DNA of 44,106 nt from a virus, in the IMG/VR virus record IMGVR_UViG_3300042934_000260, positions 1 through 44,106 of that record. One strand, 5' to 3'. Of this stretch, positions 32,733 to 40,546 are shown in pieces (the stretch's first letter is position 1; each line of letters begins with the position of its first letter). Made by a program: the position numbers and the translations under genes. The notes below the pieces were generated by a model. That model was not told the origin of the DNA, made no database searches, and worked only from the letters and a program-made list of their open reading frames with translations.

Positions 32733-33068
32733 ATGAAATACAACGGCAAAGAAGTGACGGAGGAGTTTGCGGAAAAGGTTCAAAATAAGCTCAACAATTT
32801 GGGAGGCGAGTTCTTCGGAATTGCAGACGTGAAACGGATGTTCCAAGCCGCCGAGGAAGTGTTCGCGGAGATGGAGCCAGCACCGGTACAGCTGCAAAGG
32901 GGCGACACGGTAACGCATAATCTCCATCCGAAATGGGGTAAGGGCGAGGTTCGAAAGTTGTCGAAGTCTGGGAAAACGGCGGATGTTTATTTCAGCGGCG
33001 CAGGTTGGTGTAGCCCACTTACAAAGAACCTGACCAAAATCGAGGAGGCGCAACATGGAGAAGGCTAA
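32733..33068 (+). CDS. Small protein with C-terminal SH3/Tudor-like beta-barrel motif
   Basis: RBS aaggagg. The C-terminus is RGDTVTHNLHPKWGKGEVRKL...ADVYF. Confidence 0.5.
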   Translation: MKYNGKEVTEEFAEKVQNKLNNLGGEFFGIADVKRMFQAAEEVFAEMEPAPVQLQRGDTVTHNLHPKWGKGEVRKLSKSGKTADVYFSGAGWCSPLTKNLTKIEEAQHGEG

Positions 33069-33393
33069 GTTGACGAAGGCGCAGGCGGAGTTGTTAGAAA
33101 AATTCAAAAAGGAATACGTTACAGAAGAAGAGATTTTGGAAAACAAATTTCAGAATTTCGTCCATGACCGTGATGACCACGCATTGAAACATATTCCAGT
33201 TAGAACATTGGCCATCGCCCTCTACGTCGGCTACGAAATCATCGAAGAGGATCAGGTGGTTACGGTGACGGAGAATATGCGGGACGCCATCAGGAAAGCG
33301 AGGAACGAATCGGGTTACAGTTCGGAACAGGTTCTCGAAACATGGCTTGAAGGGTTCGACACAGCGTTGGAAGCACTCGGCATCAAACTCTAA
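33055..33393 (+). CDS. Hypothetical protein (112 aa)
   Basis: ORF in the operon, overlapping the upstream gene by 14 nt. Confidence 0.45.
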   Translation: MEKAKLTKAQAELLEKFKKEYVTEEEILENKFQNFVHDRDDHALKHIPVRTLAIALYVGYEIIEEDQVVTVTENMRDAIRKARNESGYSSEQVLETWLEGFDTALEALGIKL

Positions 33394-33405
33394 GGAGGAA
33401 CGCAG

Positions 33406-33561
33406 ATGAAAAACGGAAAGAAGCCCACGAGAGCACAAAAAGCAGCGCTGACGACCAACAACCTCAACGCCGAAAACTGGCTCATCGAGCGCGTAGGTGA
33501 CGGGTACATCATGGTGCAGCATCGCTTGACGGGCACGCTGCGGAAGGTCGCGACGAAATGA
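33406..33561 (+). CDS. DUF6906-like small protein (51 aa; not in the ORF track)
   Basis: RBS taaggagga lies 6 nt before the ATG. The sequence MKNGKKPTRAQKAALTTNNLNAENWLIER resembles the MKNGK..T..QK...NLN.ENWL family (recollection only). Confidence 0.5.
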   Translation: MKNGKKPTRAQKAALTTNNLNAENWLIERVGDGYIMVQHRLTGTLRKVATK

Positions 33562-33713
33562 GCTGCTGGATCGTGTTCGAGGTAGCCAAGCGCATGTACA
33601 TGGCAACGGGGCATGTTCCGACGCTGGAGCAGCTGCAGGCGGAGTTTGAGGATCTGCCGGCCAGTAAGGTCGAGGAAGGGATGCGGATTTTTAACGAGAC
33701 GATTGGAGGGTGA
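33558..33713 (+). CDS. Hypothetical 51-aa protein (not in the ORF track)
   Basis: ATGA overlap with the previous ORF: MSCWIVFEVAKRMYMATGHVPTLEQLQAEF... Confidence 0.4.
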   Translation: MSCWIVFEVAKRMYMATGHVPTLEQLQAEFEDLPASKVEEGMRIFNETIGG

Positions 33714-33717
33714 GCGT

Positions 33718-34095
33718 ATGGACAGACTGATCTTGCCGGGCGTGTTTCCGAGTGTGAACCACATGTATCGCAACGTGACAATCAAAGGTCGGCGCATTCG
33801 AGTGAAGACAAAGAAGGCTGAGCAGGTTTACAACGACATTATTATCCTGGCTCGATACTGGATGCGTTGCAACGGATGGAAGACAACGACGAGCAAAGTC
33901 ATCGTACGTCTGTGGTTCTTCTTTCCGGATGCCAAGCGGCGCGACTCGCACAACCAGATCAAGCTGATCGCCGACGCATTGGAAGAAGCAGGGATATACG
34001 CAGACGATAAGACCGCGCTCCCGAGAGTGATGGACGTTGATATTGACCGGAAGAACCCGCGGATTGAGATCGAATTTGAGCTGATGCTGCCATGA
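33718..34095 (+). CDS. rusA: RusA-family Holliday junction resolvase
   Basis: PSVNHMYRN, a KRRDSHNQIKLIADAL segment and a following YADDK match the RusA signature. The start is ATG 33718, in the frame of track ORF 33613..34095. Confidence 0.8.
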   Translation: MDRLILPGVFPSVNHMYRNVTIKGRRIRVKTKKAEQVYNDIIILARYWMRCNGWKTTTSKVIVRLWFFFPDAKRRDSHNQIKLIADALEEAGIYADDKTALPRVMDVDIDRKNPRIEIEFELMLP

Positions 34096-34178
34096 CCGGA
34101 TGCCCCGACTGCGGACAACCGATGGAGCAGACCGAAAACCGCTACTTTTGCCCAGGGTGCGGGCATAAGGGGGAGTAG
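34092..34178 (+). CDS. 28-aa zinc-ribbon mini-protein
   Basis: ATGA overlap with the rusA stop. MTGCPDCGQPMEQTENRYFCPGCGHKGE carries two CxxC pairs. Confidence 0.4.
   Translation: MTGCPDCGQPMEQTENRYFCPGCGHKGE
34149..34175 (+). repeat. 27-bp direct repeat, left copy
   Basis: TGCCCAGGGTGCGGGCATAAGGGGGAG is identical to 34821-34847. Confidence 0.95.
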
Positions 34179-34209
34179 GTCGAATTGGAACTTGAACAGG
34201 AGGCAGAAC

Positions 34210-34791
34210 ATGAACGTAGCAGTGATTTGCGAATATTCAGCGACGGTGAGGGACGCTTTTGTAAAGCGTGGGCATACAGCAATCTCTTTTGACCTACTCC
34301 CTTCGGAGAAGCCAGGCGGACACATCCAGTATGACGTATTGAAAATGCCGCGGGACTTCTGGGAACAGTTCGACTTGGCGATTTGCCACCCGCCCTGCAC
34401 GCACCTGGCCGTATCCGGGGCGCGTTGGTTCAAGGATAAGCAGCAAGAACAGGTGGAGGCGCTGGAATTCGTGCGTTTCCTGATGGATCTCCCAATCGAG
34501 CGAATCGCAATCGAAAACCCGGTTTCTATCATCAGCAGTCGGATCAGGAAGCCGGACCAGATTATCCAGCCTTGGCAGTATGGGCATGGCGAAACGAAGG
34601 CGACCTGCCTCTGGCTCAAAAACCTTCCGCTGCTGGAGGCCACGAATATCGTGGAAGGCCGCGAAGCAAGGGTCCATATGATGCCGCCTGGTCCAGATCG
34701 TTGGAAGGAGCGCAGCCGTACATTCGAGGGGATCGCAGAGGCGATGGCTGACCAATGGCAGCGCGCAGGTGAAGTGGCTTGGATCGTATGA
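34210..34791 (+). CDS. Minimal Dcm-like (cytosine-5 methyltransferase-like) protein, 193 aa
   Basis: CEYSATVRDAFVKRGHTAISFDL, AICHPPCTHLAVSG (PC motif) and IAIENPV (ENV motif) are present. No obvious target-recognition domain. RBS caggagg lies 6 nt before ATG 34210. Confidence 0.55.
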   Translation: MNVAVICEYSATVRDAFVKRGHTAISFDLLPSEKPGGHIQYDVLKMPRDFWEQFDLAICHPPCTHLAVSGARWFKDKQQEQVEALEFVRFLMDLPIERIAIENPVSIISSRIRKPDQIIQPWQYGHGETKATCLWLKNLPLLEATNIVEGREARVHMMPPGPDRWKERSRTFEGIAEAMADQWQRAGEVAWIV

Positions 34792-34820
34792 CTGCCTGGA
34801 TCACCACCCACACCGGATCC

Positions 34821-34847
34821 TGCCCAGGGTGCGGGCATAAGGGGGAG
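34821..34847 (+). repeat. 27-bp direct repeat, right copy
   Basis: Identical to 34149-34175. Lies within a truncated second copy of the zinc-ribbon reading frame. Confidence 0.95.
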
Positions 34848-34863
34848 CAGGGAGGAGAAGAAA

Positions 34864-36054
34864 ATGGACTATAAACTGAAACGCACGACGGCGATCGCTA
34901 CGACATTGAGCGCCTACGCAGACGATGGTAAGCCGGGACCGTGGACAGTCGCATACAGCGGAGGCAAAGACTCGACGGTCACGCTGGATATTGTGATCCG
35001 GTCGCTGATGCAACTCGCCAAGTACAACCGGGACGCGCTCAAACGCAAAGTGTACATCACGACGGCAGATACAAAGCTCGATTTCGTCACCGACCCACTC
35101 AAACATCGCGAATTGCAGAAAATCCAACGAGTAATCGAAGAAAACAAGCTCCCGGTCGAAATCGTCGAAGTCAGCGCTCCAGACGATCAAAGCTTTATGT
35201 ACTACGTAATTGGGCGAGGATACCCCTTGCCGAAAAGCAGAGTGAATCGTTGGTGCACGGATCGCATGAAAATCAGACCACAACAAAAAGCAATGAAGGA
35301 AATTCAGCCAGTTTACAGCACGATGGGCGTTAGGCTAAGCGAAACAACCGAACGGCGTAGAAGCATCGAAGGTCGCCGAGAATCAGAATATTTCAGCGAA
35401 GACGCCTTCTACCCGATCGTGAACTTTACTCTGGATGACATTTGGGCCTACCTGGTCCATGAAGGCATGGCGTGGGGCGACGCGGAGGAATTGGGCCAGC
35501 TCTACAAGGACGCCACCGGCGAATGCGGGCTGCGGCAGCGCAAGGCTGGTGCGGACGAAAAGAACGACGACCCTTGCGGCGCACGAACCGGCTGCATCAT
35601 CTGCCCGGTCGTCACGATCGACAAAAGCTCGCAGGAGTTCGCCAAGACCCACCCGTGGCTGCAACCTTACGTCAATCTGCGCAACCTGATGATCGACATG
35701 TACAAGCAGCCGCTCAATAAGGCGGGCAGAATGCGGGACGGACGGGTCTTGGAGTATGGAAAGGGCACATTCACCGTCAAAGCCCGGATGAAGCTGTACG
35801 AGGCCGTCAAGCAGGCAGAGCAGGAAAATGCAGAACTATGCGCCATGTACGGAGCCGAGCCGCAAAAGCTCATCTACTCCGAAGAGCTGGACAAGCTTAT
35901 TCGGGATCAATGGGCTGAGGACTTGGTGCAGTGCCCGTGGGTCGAGGATGCCGCGGAGGTAGGGCGGTTCTGCGAATCGAAGATCCGCGGTCTGACGGAC
36001 GGGTATCAGCTCGTTTGGAACACGGACTTCGACACACCGGAATTGCTGACATAA
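34864..36054 (+). CDS. PAPS-reductase-family PP-loop protein (DndC/IbrA-like)
   Basis: PP-loop YSGGKDST, RWCTDRMKIRP and a C-terminal Cys cluster DPCGARTGCIICP. RBS gggaggag. Confidence 0.75.
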   Translation: MDYKLKRTTAIATTLSAYADDGKPGPWTVAYSGGKDSTVTLDIVIRSLMQLAKYNRDALKRKVYITTADTKLDFVTDPLKHRELQKIQRVIEENKLPVEIVEVSAPDDQSFMYYVIGRGYPLPKSRVNRWCTDRMKIRPQQKAMKEIQPVYSTMGVRLSETTERRRSIEGRRESEYFSEDAFYPIVNFTLDDIWAYLVHEGMAWGDAEELGQLYKDATGECGLRQRKAGADEKNDDPCGARTGCIICPVVTIDKSSQEFAKTHPWLQPYVNLRNLMIDMYKQPLNKAGRMRDGRVLEYGKGTFTVKARMKLYEAVKQAEQENAELCAMYGAEPQKLIYSEELDKLIRDQWAEDLVQCPWVEDAAEVGRFCESKIRGLTDGYQLVWNTDFDTPELLT

Positions 36055-36119
36055 CTCGGATCGAGGAAGCTCCGGCGGAACCGGGGCAGATGACACTATT
36101 TTAAGAGGAGCGGATAAAC

Positions 36120-36620
36120 ATGCCAAACTGGGCAGAAGGAACATTGAAAATCAGAGGTACCCGTGAAAACATTCGTAATTTTGTTTTGAACGGGCTCAAA
36201 CCACTGGCAACTGTGGCGCAGGTTTTCGCGAGCGTAAAAGGTGAACCAATCCCCGAAACCAAAGGGTTTGAAGTCAAATCGGACGACGAGGACAATCTTT
36301 GGATTGAAAGCGAAGATGGATTCGGCATCGAAGGCGCCACAAGAAATTTCATCGATTCGAACTATATCGACATCTACTGGAACAGCGGCGATGAAGATAT
36401 AGTCACGTTTGATTACAAGGCTGCATGGGGACCGGATACTGAAGCGCTTTTGAAATTGGCGAAAAAGTACGAGATTGACATTCGGATTTATGTTTTTGAA
36501 AACGGAATGGAATACAACGCCGAATTTGAAGTCAGCCGCACCGGAGATGTTATTTTGAATCGGGAAATCAAGTTCGATGATTACAAGTGGCAATGTCCCA
36601 TGCCAAACATGGGCGGGTAA
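36120..36620 (+). CDS. Hypothetical protein, possibly DUF1281/Api92-like ferredoxin-like domain
   Basis: The N-terminus MPNWAEGTLKIRG resembles the MPNWC...G start of that family (recollection only). AT-rich gene. Confidence 0.35.
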   Translation: MPNWAEGTLKIRGTRENIRNFVLNGLKPLATVAQVFASVKGEPIPETKGFEVKSDDEDNLWIESEDGFGIEGATRNFIDSNYIDIYWNSGDEDIVTFDYKAAWGPDTEALLKLAKKYEIDIRIYVFENGMEYNAEFEVSRTGDVILNREIKFDDYKWQCPMPNMGG

Positions 36621-36724
36621 TGGGTCGCGCCCTCATGGCCTTACCCGCAGTCCTGATCTACCTCGTGGTGATCGGGCTGGCGGGATACGGGCTGCTGACG
36701 CTGGTACGGATGATGTTCGGATAA
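36620..36724 (+). CDS. 34-aa single-TM mini-protein (not in the ORF track)
   Basis: TAATG overlap: MGRALMALPAVLIYLVVIGLAGYGLLTLVRMMFG. Confidence 0.4.
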   Translation: MGRALMALPAVLIYLVVIGLAGYGLLTLVRMMFG

Positions 36725-36754
36725 ACCAACACGCCCGGCTAAGGAGGGGGTTTA

Positions 36755-36958
36755 ATGACCGTAACGAAAACCGGTGCTTTTAGAGACAAAGAATGTACAT
36801 GCGAATGCGGAAACAAACACGAACTGTACGGAGGCATCGGATACAAAACGATCAGCTGTGAGTCTGGATATGGAAGAAGCATTGGCAGAGGGGTCTACAG
36901 AAAGACGGTTTCCTGTCGCAAGTGTGGCGCTGTAAGCAAGTTTGAGGATGTCGATTGA
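36755..36958 (+). CDS. Cys-rich (zinc-ribbon-like) small protein
   Basis: RBS aaggaggggg. Carries CTCECG and CRKCG pairs. Confidence 0.5.
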   Translation: MTVTKTGAFRDKECTCECGNKHELYGGIGYKTISCESGYGRSIGRGVYRKTVSCRKCGAVSKFEDVD

Positions 36959-37001
36959 GCCGGATCATTTATCTCTACGGGGCATATAAGGAGGACTGCA
37001 C

Positions 37002-37208
37002 ATGTACGGAGATTCACTTCCGGTCGTGATCTTGACGATGCTTCTCGTGGGCTGCCTGACGTTCGGCGCGGCCGGATTCGCTCTTGGATGGGCGGTATGG
37101 GGCGCCGAGATCGTGACGTTAAAGCAGGTCGGAATCGGGGCGCTAGTGATCGTTGGACTCGCTGCTGCTGGATGGATCGGGAATAAAATTGCTCGTTTGA
37201 GCACATAA
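37002..37208 (+). CDS. Two-TM small membrane protein
   Basis: RBS aaggagga. Hydrophobic segments are LPVVILTMLLVGCLTFGAAGFALGW and IGALVIVGLAAAGWI. Confidence 0.55.
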   Translation: MYGDSLPVVILTMLLVGCLTFGAAGFALGWAVWGAEIVTLKQVGIGALVIVGLAAAGWIGNKIARLST

Positions 37209-37222
37209 GGAGCGTGGGACGG

Positions 37223-37453
37223 ATGAAGACGGAAAAGCGTCATGCGAAAGAAGGAGAACGCATTTTGATTGTTGATGCTCGGGATACGTGGGACGAATAC
37301 GCGAACGGTGACGTGTTGGAAGTAACGCTGATTTCGCAGGACGACGATTCTTTCGGAGGTTGGGTTGATGAATTTTCCGGGTCAAGCCCTTTGTTTGCTG
37401 GGATCGCGCCAGACGAATACGAAGTCATTGTAGGGGAGGAAACAGAGGTATGA
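37223..37453 (+). CDS. Hypothetical protein, paralogue of 26238..26489
   Basis: Shares MKTEKRHAKEGERILIV near the N-terminus and PDEYEVIVGEE near the C-terminus. RBS aaggag lies 10 nt upstream. Confidence 0.55.
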   Translation: MKTEKRHAKEGERILIVDARDTWDEYANGDVLEVTLISQDDDSFGGWVDEFSGSSPLFAGIAPDEYEVIVGEETEV

Positions 37454-37647
37454 GCCAAACACTAACTGTCGGAGGTACAGTTCGACACAAGGGATCTGAG
37501 CGTGATCTCGGCAGAGGAGAGGTGCTTGCTGTCGTTCGAACTGGGTACGCCAGAGTCTTGTGGACAGAACTGAGAGACGATAACGGGCTGACGGATGAAG
37601 AAGCGAAAGGGACGTATCGGATCGATAATTTGGAGGTGCAGGAATGA
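37450..37647 (+). CDS. Small SH3/Tudor-like beta-barrel protein
   Basis: ATGA overlap. The sequence is VGGTVRHKGSERDLGRGEVLAVV...ARVLW. Confidence 0.5.
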   Translation: MSQTLTVGGTVRHKGSERDLGRGEVLAVVRTGYARVLWTELRDDNGLTDEEAKGTYRIDNLEVQE

Positions 37648-38300
37648 GCCAAGAGAGAACAGAGCAGCGGGACCCGATCGCCGATATGCAAATGGCCCAA
37701 GCAGCAGAAACACGGGCGGCCGAGGTACGGCATCGCATGGAGACCACCGAACGGAACCCGATCATCGCTGAAACAAACGGGGCGAAGCTGATCAGGGACA
37801 AGCTCTTCGGAGACTTGGAGATAGCAACGGCGCTTCGGTACTATATCGAGCTGTCCGAACAACGCCGCGAAGAACGCGACAGCAATCAGCGGCTGCACAT
37901 TCAGAGCCTAGAGGAAATCGACCGCCTGAACGCCGTAATCGAGAGTCAGGCAGAAATAAACGCTCAATGGATCGACCGACTTAAAGACGCTTCCGCGATT
38001 GTAGCGGATAGAGATAAGAAGATCACGGACCTGACGGCGAAGGTGCAGGAACGGGACCACCTTCTCCAACATCGGGATCGCATTATCGAATCACACACAG
38101 TTGAACAAAAGACTGTTCAAAAGCTTTTAAGGCAGGTCGAGGAGCGGGATAAGGAGATCGAGCGGATGCGGGCGGCGCTGTATAAGGCTTACGAAGAAAT
38201 CGGGCACATCTACGGCGCTAAACCATCAGAAGTCGAGGGAATGGCGGTTGCTGCTCGCGTGAAGATCAGAGAAGTCCTAGCCCTGAAAGGAGCGGAATAA
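37644..38300 (+). CDS. Coiled-coil protein (218 aa)
   Basis: ATGA overlap. Long charged heptad regions. Confidence 0.55.
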   Translation: MSQERTEQRDPIADMQMAQAAETRAAEVRHRMETTERNPIIAETNGAKLIRDKLFGDLEIATALRYYIELSEQRREERDSNQRLHIQSLEEIDRLNAVIESQAEINAQWIDRLKDASAIVADRDKKITDLTAKVQERDHLLQHRDRIIESHTVEQKTVQKLLRQVEERDKEIERMRAALYKAYEEIGHIYGAKPSEVEGMAVAARVKIREVLALKGAE

Positions 38301-38303
38301 ACC

Positions 38304-38522
38304 ATGTGGGATCTATACGTACCTGGGATGCTCAAGCGAGGAGAATGGGTGCAAACGTGGGATGCGATCAACGAGGAGCCGTTCTTCGGCGAGTTTCGGC
38401 CGGGAAGCGATAAGGGATACGGAGACTTCGTAAAACAGAGCGGCGATCGCATCGGGGAAGAGACGGTGACGCACATCCAGTGGGTCACACCGCCAGAAGG
38501 CAGAAGGGGGCATTGGGAATGA
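38304..38522 (+). CDS. Hypothetical protein (72 aa)
   Basis: ORF in the operon, 3 nt after the previous stop. Confidence 0.45.
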   Translation: MWDLYVPGMLKRGEWVQTWDAINEEPFFGEFRPGSDKGYGDFVKQSGDRIGEETVTHIQWVTPPEGRRGHWE

Positions 38523-38842
38523 TCGCCGAGCAGAAATACTACGACCAGGCTGCGGCCAATGACATCAAGGTCCGGACGTTCGAAAATCGGATCAAGCGGC
38601 ACAAATGGGACCCGGAGACAGCCAGCACAACGCCGCCTACGATCAACGCAGATCGCATTAAAAAGAAAATGGCGCAGCTGGAGCGGCAAAAGGCCGGGAA
38701 CGCGGATCGAGTCATCTGGACGCCGGAGCAGATTGAAGCGCATTTGGAGCGAATTGGCCCGGATAAAAACTTCGAGCTGTTTTACGAGCAGAAGAAGCGG
38801 CGGAACGGGAAGTATTACACAGCCGAGGAGGCGTGGGTATGA
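38519..38842 (+). CDS. Hypothetical protein with N-terminal HTH-like segment (107 aa)
   Basis: ATGA overlap. The sequence is QKYYDQAAANDIKVRTFENRIKRHKWDPETA. Confidence 0.45.
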   Translation: MIAEQKYYDQAAANDIKVRTFENRIKRHKWDPETASTTPPTINADRIKKKMAQLERQKAGNADRVIWTPEQIEAHLERIGPDKNFELFYEQKKRRNGKYYTAEEAWV

Positions 38843-39237
38843 GCATCGATGACCAAAACAACCATCCGCTGTACAAGAGCGCACATGATCGCTTTATGCG
38901 GGCCGAGGAGCAGCAGAACATCAAGGCGGCTACTAAGTATCCCGAGCCACTGAATCCGGCGTCATGGAGCGCTGAGGAGCTGGGTGACCACTATGCGCAG
39001 GAGTCGGTGGATCAAGGGCGGTATGTGGAGGCGTTAGTGGCGAAGTGCCGCAGGTTGGTGGATGATATCGATCAAATACAAGAGTTAATCGAAGAATCGA
39101 TTGTGCATGCTGGACGAATAAAATTCGCTTCATACGATGGTACTCCTATGCAACGCGAGGCTGAGCGAACATGTGATGTTCTGAATGTCGTGCTGAGAAA
39201 GATTCGGGAAACACAAAAGGGAGCTGAAACGAAATGA
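38839..39237 (+). CDS. Hypothetical protein (132 aa)
   Basis: RBS gaggagg lies 7 nt before ATG 38839. ATGA overlap. Confidence 0.5.
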   Translation: MSIDDQNNHPLYKSAHDRFMRAEEQQNIKAATKYPEPLNPASWSAEELGDHYAQESVDQGRYVEALVAKCRRLVDDIDQIQELIEESIVHAGRIKFASYDGTPMQREAERTCDVLNVVLRKIRETQKGAETK

Positions 39238-39638
39238 GCATCGTACACAAGCAGATCAGCCCGGTCGGGCCAACAGGGATTGAGCGGGAGACTTGGGATA
39301 CGTACCGGTTAATGCGGCATCTGGAGCTGATTGGGCCGGATAAGCATCTGGGCGAGCACAAACCCGGCGTGTGGTTCGCATCGTCGGACGAGCGCAAGGA
39401 GTACAAGCGGAAAGTGGACCAGACCGTTTTTGTGAAAACGGAGTACGGCGAAGCGCTGCGAGAAGTGCCCGGACATCGGCATTACTACGCGACCGAAGAC
39501 GGCGACATTTACTCGGGACGGTCGGGGAAGCTCAAAAAGATGAAGCTGCACAACGGCAAGTATGTATCGATCATGGGCAGACAAGGCAATCAGGTCAATG
39601 TGTCGGCGATCACGCTGACGAATATGGCGTGGGAATGA
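39234..39638 (+). CDS. Hypothetical protein with NUMOD4-like C-terminal motif
   Basis: ATGA overlap. EVPGHRHYYATEDGDIYSGRSGKLKKMKLHNGKYVSI resembles NUMOD4 modules. No HNH motif seen. Confidence 0.4.
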   Translation: MSIVHKQISPVGPTGIERETWDTYRLMRHLELIGPDKHLGEHKPGVWFASSDERKEYKRKVDQTVFVKTEYGEALREVPGHRHYYATEDGDIYSGRSGKLKKMKLHNGKYVSIMGRQGNQVNVSAITLTNMAWE

Positions 39639-39958
39639 TGATACCTGATTGGTGGATCGGGCCTGCTATGATTGCGTGCATTGCAATTATCGTTTTGTGT
39701 GAACTTTTCGGTCCAAGCTCGTCATCTGAAGCGGATCTAAAAAGGATGGATAGACTTCAAGAAAAGCTGCAAGAAGCCGATCGCAAACTTCAGCAACTGA
39801 ACACTAAACCAAGCTCGGAAAATTACATCAAAAACACTGGGAAGTCCATTCTTTTCGAAGAGATGTGCGAGATGCACAAAAATAGGGAACTCAAGGATCT
39901 GAACGAGGAAGAGGACTTTATCGACAAAATGCTGCGTGATGCCGGGAGTCGGGAATGA
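39635..39958 (+). CDS. Membrane-anchored coiled-coil protein (107 aa)
   Basis: ATGA overlap. The N-terminal TM segment is WWIGPAMIACIAIIVLCELF. Confidence 0.5.
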   Translation: MMIPDWWIGPAMIACIAIIVLCELFGPSSSSEADLKRMDRLQEKLQEADRKLQQLNTKPSSENYIKNTGKSILFEEMCEMHKNRELKDLNEEEDFIDKMLRDAGSRE

Positions 39959-39965
39959 AGACATA

Positions 39966-39998
39966 GAAAAACCCCGCAAGCTTGGCGGCCAGGCGGGG
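39966..39998 (-). terminator. Leftward-facing intrinsic terminator upstream of arpU
   Basis: The stem CCCCGC / GCGGGG is followed by a T-run only when read on the - strand (+ strand shows gaaaaa before the stem). Confidence 0.45.
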
Positions 39999-40074
39999 CG
40001 ATTGAGAGGGATCTCGCTTCTATTATAACACGAGGGTGGGGATCTGAGTGGGTAATCAGGCGAGAGTGGAGCAG

Positions 40075-40497
40075 ATGTCGTTTAAGGTTTCGGAGATTGA
40101 CCACTACAAGACCCGCGAGCGCGTCGAAGAGTACATTGACACCGCACTCGCGATGCGCGATACCGACGGCGTGCGAAAAGAGACTGCGATGACCCCAAAC
40201 TATGCGCCGCGCGACTACACGAGCAACGCGCAGACGGGCAAGCCGGTGGAGGATGCTGCAATCGCCAATGTGGAGGCGGATGCGATGCGGCAGCACTGGA
40301 TTATGCTCCAGCGAGCGTTGTTGGTCTTGCGTCCCGAGGAGCGTAGACTCATTGAGCTGCGGTACTTGGGTGAGGACACGCTGTACGATTATCAAGTGTA
40401 TAACCAGATGGGGATGAGTGACCGGACGTACAAACGTCTTAAAAACAAGGCGATCAAGCGGCTGGCGATTAAACTTAACATTGAGGTTTGGAAATAA
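40075..40497 (+). CDS. arpU: ArpU-family late transcriptional regulator (sigma region-4-like)
   Basis: The C-terminus LRPEERRLIELRYLGED...MGMSDRTYKRLKNKAIKRLA is characteristic. Last regulatory gene before the packaging genes. An alternative start is GTG 40048. Confidence 0.75.
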   Translation: MSFKVSEIDHYKTRERVEEYIDTALAMRDTDGVRKETAMTPNYAPRDYTSNAQTGKPVEDAAIANVEADAMRQHWIMLQRALLVLRPEERRLIELRYLGEDTLYDYQVYNQMGMSDRTYKRLKNKAIKRLAIKLNIEVWK

Positions 40498-40540
40498 ATA
40501 AAGCCCGCTCAGGAGAGATCCTGTGGCGGGCTTTATTGTT
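40497..40540. terminator. Strong bidirectional terminator between arpU and the reverse operon
   Basis: Long hairpin AAGCCCGC...GCGGGCTT with an inner CAGGA/TCCTG stem. An A-run lies upstream and a T-run downstream. Confidence 0.8.
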
Positions 40541-40546
40541 ATACCA

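Noticed and set aside
34788-34874. Second zinc-ribbon-like mini-ORF (MTAWITTHTGSCPGCGHKGEQGGEENGL)
   Set aside because: It retains only one CxxC pair and overlaps the RBS and start of the PAPS-reductase gene. It is most simply a duplicated remnant created with the 27-bp repeat, not an independent gene.
36577-36783. Track ORF of 68 aa
   Set aside because: It is Arg/Gly-rich with no RBS and is out of frame with the better-supported TAATG-coupled 34-aa TM ORF at 36620..36724. It also overlaps the start of 36755..36958.
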